A stretch of 64,000 bases of DNA from Limnochordia bacterium (GTDB taxonomy: Bacteria > Bacillota > Limnochordia > DTU080), in assembly GCA_050951545.1 (NCBI GenBank), contig JBMNJG010000005.1, forward strand, positions 256,001-320,000. Reading direction: 5' to 3'. Positions 59,684 to 64,000 of the stretch are shown here, one piece after another. Every line of letters starts with the position of its first letter. Position 1 is the stretch's first letter. The notes below the pieces were generated by a model. The model did not search any database. It worked only from the letters and a program-made list of their open reading frames with translations, and was not told the origin of the DNA. Both the position numbers and the translations under genes were made by a program.

Positions 59684-60979
59684 CTACGGTGTGGCGTACA
59701 GCTCGTCAAGCATAGCCTGCACTTGCCTCTGCATATCACTGATGAAGTTTTCCAAAGCCAGGGTGCCGTTAATGACCTGCCGAAACTGCGGGTCGAAAAC
59801 CCTTTGGATGTCAGTTTTGATGGGCGACACGATCGCTGCAAAGTTGTCACCGTCAAGCGAGGCATCCACAGCCTGTTTGATGAAATCGCGCCTAACTGGT
59901 GTTTCATGAGCCAGGTAGGTCCCTATGCGCGACAGTGTGGGCAAGTGAACGGGAATGCGCCCCGTTACCCTTAGCATCTCGGCCTGCGACTCCTCGCTGA
60001 GTAGCAAAAAGACTAGCCAGCGGCATGCCCACTCTGGGTTCTCAGACGCTTTCATGACCCTCATAGGACCGAAGTAGAGATTCCCGCCTCTACGCACCGG
60101 GCCCTTTGGCTGCACAATCGACTCAATCGTGTCCTCGGTCAGATGCAAGTATGCCGCATGAGACGCCGTATTGTATAAGCTGATGGCATTCGCGCGGCTC
60201 GTTACAAAGCGCTCTCTGTTCTGCGATACGAGCCAACCTCTTTGTGCCAGCTCTGCGTAGAGTCCTAGACCCTGGCGAACCTGCGGGGTATCGAGCAGGG
60301 CCTGCTGAGGGTTCAAGTACCTCTCAAAAAAAGAGCCGCCCGCTTGATGGATGGCGGGGGTGAGGTTCTCAAAGCTGGAGGCAAAACCAATGCCTGCCGT
60401 CTCCGGCCGACCATCCCCGTCGACGTCAATGGTCAAACGTCCAGCGTTCTGCTTTAGCCAGTCCCAATTCCAGCCGTCGCCTAGATCTCGAAGAGGCGCG
60501 ATCCCCATTTCGTCAAACAGCGATCGATTGTAGCCAGCCACCACTGCGTAGATCTGGTTAGGCAGGGCAAGCAGCTGCCCCTCACTCTCCAGTACGGGTT
60601 TGGCGAAGCTAGGTACCAGTCGATACAGGTCTACTTTGTCGGCCTTAAGGTAAGAGTGTAGATCAGCAAAGTTGTCTGTGTCATCTTTGAGTAGAACCGT
60701 CGGCGTGGAGTCGATCGCATCCACCTGACTACCTGTGCCGAGCATCACCAGCAGCTTGTCTGCATACCCTGAGGGAAAGTTCTGGATGTCGATATGCACG
60801 CCCGGGTTCTGTTTTTCAAAGGCGGCTGCTCGTTCGATAAGGAAATCGTAGAACTGCGGCCCGTGTATTCCGGTGAGATGCACGATCGTGATGGGTGCTG
60901 AAACCGTGACCAGCGTACACACCATCCATGATATGACGGCAATCAGTAACACACTGCAAGGCCGGTCTCTTCGACACAT
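59684..60979 (-). CDS. ABC transporter sugar-binding protein (SBP family 1)
   Basis: Signal peptide VSA/P; FEKQNPGVHI, YNRSLFDEMG, WNWDW, PKGPV; GGGAGG RBS. Confidence 0.86.
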   Translation of the reverse strand: MCRRDRPCSVLLIAVISWMVCTLVTVSAPITIVHLTGIHGPQFYDFLIERAAAFEKQNPGVHIDIQNFPSGYADKLLVMLGTGSQVDAIDSTPTVLLKDDTDNFADLHSYLKADKVDLYRLVPSFAKPVLESEGQLLALPNQIYAVVAGYNRSLFDEMGIAPLRDLGDGWNWDWLKQNAGRLTIDVDGDGRPETAGIGFASSFENLTPAIHQAGGSFFERYLNPQQALLDTPQVRQGLGLYAELAQRGWLVSQNRERFVTSRANAISLYNTASHAAYLHLTEDTIESIVQPKGPVRRGGNLYFGPMRVMKASENPEWACRWLVFLLLSEESQAEMLRVTGRIPVHLPTLSRIGTYLAHETPVRRDFIKQAVDASLDGDNFAAIVSPIKTDIQRVFDPQFRQVINGTLALENFISDMQRQVQAMLDELYATP

Positions 60980-61013
60980 CAGTGAATTCCTCCCTGTTCG
61001 CTTTTTCCTACTG

Positions 61014-62105
61014 CTAGTTAATGACAGCGGCAGCCACCAGATTGGCCACCAACGGGCGTAGCCGAATCTTGGATTCTGTGCTATGCCGCAAATGAACCCT
61101 GTTGGTCAGCAACACCACAAAGAGCTCTCTCGTCGGATCTATCCACATGAATGTGCCAGTGAATCCGGTATGGCCAAAGGATTCCGGCGAGAAAAGATCC
61201 CCTGCTGCAGATTCTGCGTAATCACCCTTCATCTGCCAGCCTAGCCCCCGCGGCTGGCTCATGCCCCGGGTATAGTTGCGAGTGGCGACATCGACAACCG
61301 CCTCAGACAAGACTCGGTGGCCTTCGTAACATCCCTTGTTGAGCCACATTTGGCAGAAAACGGCGATATCACCCGCACTGCCAAACAGCCCCGCGTTGCC
61401 GCACACTCCCCCGAGCGACCGACAGTTGTTATCATGCACTACGCCGTGCAAGTGGGTGCCAAGCTCAGCGTTGAACCCTGTGGGTGCCACGCGTGGCAAC
61501 ACCGATGGAGGCGGAGTATACTGGGTGTCATGCATGCCAAGGGGGTCATAGAACAGCTCTTTGGCCAACACATTAAGAGATCGACCGCTTACCCGTTTGA
61601 CGACCTCTCCCAGCATAATGAAACCGGGACAGCTATAGATGACCTCCTCACCGGGAGGGCGGTTCGGTGCCAAGTCCCACAGCGCCTGAAGGGGATCGGC
61701 GGATTGGTAGAGAGAGGCCGCAGGCAGTCCCGATGTATGCGTGAGTAGCTGCCCGATGGTCGCATCTAGCTTAGCCTCGGGGATATACCGCCGCACGCTG
61801 TCGTTTAGCCACAGCATCCCCCGCTCGAGTAACGCTAGCACACAGGGCGCAGCAGCCACGACCTTCGTCACTGAAGCCAGATCGAAGATGGTGTCAGGGC
61901 GCATCACCTCCTGCTGTGGTTGGAGGCGAGCCAACCCAAACGCTTTGGGACCCACGAGAAAACCCCTGTGGCCAATCGCTAGGACTGCTCCAGGTATGCG
62001 TTGCTCGCTACACCAACGCTCTACTAGGGCATAGGCCGCCTCTATATGGTCAGGTCGTAAACTCGCATCTGCAGGCGTGCCAGTAACCAAAACGTCTCGG
62101 TGCAC
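61014..62105 (-). CDS. Serine hydrolase, beta-lactamase class C-like family
   Basis: FDLASVTK (SxxK), LLTHTSGL, YSCPG, VHDNN, GNAGLF, FGHTGFTGT. Confidence 0.92.
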   Translation of the reverse strand: MHRDVLVTGTPADASLRPDHIEAAYALVERWCSEQRIPGAVLAIGHRGFLVGPKAFGLARLQPQQEVMRPDTIFDLASVTKVVAAAPCVLALLERGMLWLNDSVRRYIPEAKLDATIGQLLTHTSGLPAASLYQSADPLQALWDLAPNRPPGEEVIYSCPGFIMLGEVVKRVSGRSLNVLAKELFYDPLGMHDTQYTPPPSVLPRVAPTGFNAELGTHLHGVVHDNNCRSLGGVCGNAGLFGSAGDIAVFCQMWLNKGCYEGHRVLSEAVVDVATRNYTRGMSQPRGLGWQMKGDYAESAAGDLFSPESFGHTGFTGTFMWIDPTRELFVVLLTNRVHLRHSTESKIRLRPLVANLVAAAVIN

Positions 62106-62251
62106 TGCTAGCGACCCCCAAAAATCATGTGCGTGATAAACTCATCGCCTGGATATGTGTTCATTGTGTCATAGACGGTTATATAGAACTACACGTATTT
62201 TAGGAAAACGTGGAACAGATATTAGGACACGCCAACGGTCCGGGCCAACGC

Positions 62252-62283
62252 GAGATCTCTGGAATTGGGTAGCCAGAGATCTC
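62252..62283. terminator. Intergenic stem-loop
   Basis: GAGATCTCTGG-N10-CCAGAGATCTC, downstream of the lyase-like gene. Confidence 0.5.
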
Positions 62284-62332
62284 ACGTCAGCTGCCGCAGC
62301 GACGGCCGCCATCGACCAGGGATGAGTATCAG

Positions 62333-64000
62333 CTATGGCTGCTCAACAACAAACGTCACCCTACCTGCGTGCTCTGGTTGCACCCAAAAAAGCCGACGCC
62401 CATCGATCACCCTCGACGCTGGTTCAGTGAGCTCGCCCGACGCGTTTGGCACGAGAAGCCGCGCGTTCTTTGCATCAGAAAGGCTAATCCACACTGGTGC
62501 GGGGGCGGTAAGCAAGAAGGTGCTGGCTTCCTGCCTAACTACAGTCACAGTGATGGGAATCGACACCGTGTCGCCTGCTTTCACATCGTAGATGGTCAGG
62601 TCATCTCCATCGCTGAACCCGCTGGCATCGTCCACGATGAGCCGAGCATAGTTGCTGGCCACCCGCTCGATTACCGCGCTGCCACCGCCACTGCCTACCA
62701 CGAGTTTCCCATCGAAGTAGTTGTTCGGGCCCGCTCGCGTCACATTACGAGCGAAAGGTAGATCCACGAGGTTAGGCAAGGCATTGCCATCAGGAACACC
62801 TGCCAGCTGTCCGCGGGCTAGGACCAGAGTGGACGGGCTGAGAAACACCCGATCATGCGCATTCTCGCGCACCACACGCTCGATGGCATACGGAGTATTG
62901 TGTGAGTACTCCGGGGCGTCCACCAGGAGGCGTGACCCAACCAGCTGGTCCGATAGCGGCACTGGTGCGGCGATGAGCAAGCTACCTTCCTCGGGGTCAA
63001 CCTCCACTACTGTACCTGAAAACGCTCTGTATGGGCTGATCACGCCTATATCCGGCGCCAGCAGCTCAGTTCCCATACTCATGTGAAGTCTATCCGTGCG
63101 ATTATCAACTTGCCGAATATGAGCAAATGGGGCATCCGTAGTTAAGGTTAGACTTCCATCGGTGACACTGAAGCTCCGCTCTGCAAGCGTGCTCAGGAAG
63201 TAGTCCTTCGCCTGTGAAAGATCGACAGCGAAGGCGACGGGTGGTAACCCCTGCTTCGCTTCCGCACTATCGAGAGGTAACGGAGTCACGGCCGAAATCT
63301 GGGATTCACCAGCAAAAGGCTCTATGACAGAGACAAACTGGCTGGGCGCTTCCCCCTCATCTCGAGCCAACACATGCTTGACGCCCATTGGCGAGGGACC
63401 ATCGGCCACGATCACCTGACGACCCTCCTGGGGCAGCATCCTCAGGCGCAAACCAGCTCTGTCGCGATGCGACCATGTGGCACTCCATAGCACATCGCCG
63501 TCAGCTCGTTGCGGGGCTGAAAGAAAGCCATAGCCATTCCCAGGTGGTGGGTTCCAGTAGAAGCCCTCGTGAGCATAGCCCTCGATCTTGCCATCGGGCC
63601 GAACGCGCGGGCCCCACGCATACTCCTCGCTGGCCAGCGAACCGCGTCCCGGTGGCGAAAGCTCCAAACCTACCGCTGTGAAGTTGCGGCCCAAACCATG
63701 GAAAGAGTAGTCACGGCGTGTGCCCCCCGCAACCCGGAAGATGTCAACCAGATACGATTCTGTCTCCGAGGTGTCCACTAGAGCAAGCAGGCGCCGGTAC
63801 AGGCTGACTCCTTCTTTGGCATAGGCCGTTTCGTCAGAGGCATCCACCACACTCAGACCATCCGTGCTAGCAAGGAAGTTGAGACTGCCGCCTGACGACT
63901 CGGCCGAAAGTTGGCACTTTTCGTTGACCACAGCAGCAATATGTGCAACGGTTCGGTACTGCCACCCTACACGGTAATGCGCATCATTGTAGCCTGAGTC
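62333..64000 (-). CDS. Heparinase II/III-like protein, C-terminal part (5'-partial)
   Basis: Frame open from 64000: DSGYNDAHYRVGWQYRTVAHIAAVVNEKCQ...YRRLLALVD...YLVDIFRVAGG..RDYSFHG...SQFVSVIEP. Confidence 0.7.
   Translation of the reverse strand, partial: DSGYNDAHYRVGWQYRTVAHIAAVVNEKCQLSAESSGGSLNFLASTDGLSVVDASDETAYAKEGVSLYRRLLALVDTSETESYLVDIFRVAGGTRRDYSFHGLGRNFTAVGLELSPPGRGSLASEEYAWGPRVRPDGKIEGYAHEGFYWNPPPGNGYGFLSAPQRADGDVLWSATWSHRDRAGLRLRMLPQEGRQVIVADGPSPMGVKHVLARDEGEAPSQFVSVIEPFAGESQISAVTPLPLDSAEAKQGLPPVAFAVDLSQAKDYFLSTLAERSFSVTDGSLTLTTDAPFAHIRQVDNRTDRLHMSMGTELLAPDIGVISPYRAFSGTVVEVDPEEGSLLIAAPVPLSDQLVGSRLLVDAPEYSHNTPYAIERVVRENAHDRVFLSPSTLVLARGQLAGVPDGNALPNLVDLPFARNVTRAGPNNYFDGKLVVGSGGGSAVIERVASNYARLIVDDASGFSDGDDLTIYDVKAGDTVSIPITVTVVRQEASTFLLTAPAPVWISLSDAKNARLLVPNASGELTEPASRVIDGRRLFWVQPEHAGRVTFVVEQP

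Noticed and set aside
1-64000. CRISPR arrays, tRNA/rRNA, transposases or integrases, and the many short antisense ORFs
   Set aside because: No regularly spaced direct repeats, RNA-gene signatures or recombinase motifs were seen. The short overlapping ORFs are expected shadows in GC-rich coding DNA.

Overview
A GC-rich (roughly 55-60% by eye), gene-dense bacterial chromosomal window, probably from a Bacillota/Firmicutes genome or MAG. The SigA- and SigH-like promoters, the Gram-positive-type Hsp70 NBD and the non-lipoprotein binding proteins suggest a diderm lineage such as Limnochordia (inference). It is dominated by carbohydrate scavenging: eleven family-1 solute-binding protein (SBP) genes or fragments with no cognate importer permease or ATPase, plus heparinase II/III-like lyases, GH106-, GH172- and beta-propeller-type glycosidases, Gfo/Idh/MocA and aldo/keto oxidoreductases, a DHDPS-family aldolase, and LacI/IclR/AraC regulators. 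It also holds a MarR-controlled heterodimeric ABC exporter and a two-component system divergent from an ABC-2 exporter. The most striking unit is a compact four-gene chaperone module at 27.7-32.7 kb: a large TPR protein, a J-like protein with YPPE instead of HPD, GrpE, and a divergent Hsp70, with no hrcA and no canonical dnaJ. Several genes are broken: three SBP deletion/fusion relics, a collapsed MNT-HEPN toxin-antitoxin pair, and three +1 frameshifts that look like strain-mixture consensus artefacts. No rRNA, tRNA, CRISPR array or transposase was seen. All calls come from motif recognition by eye; no database searches were run.
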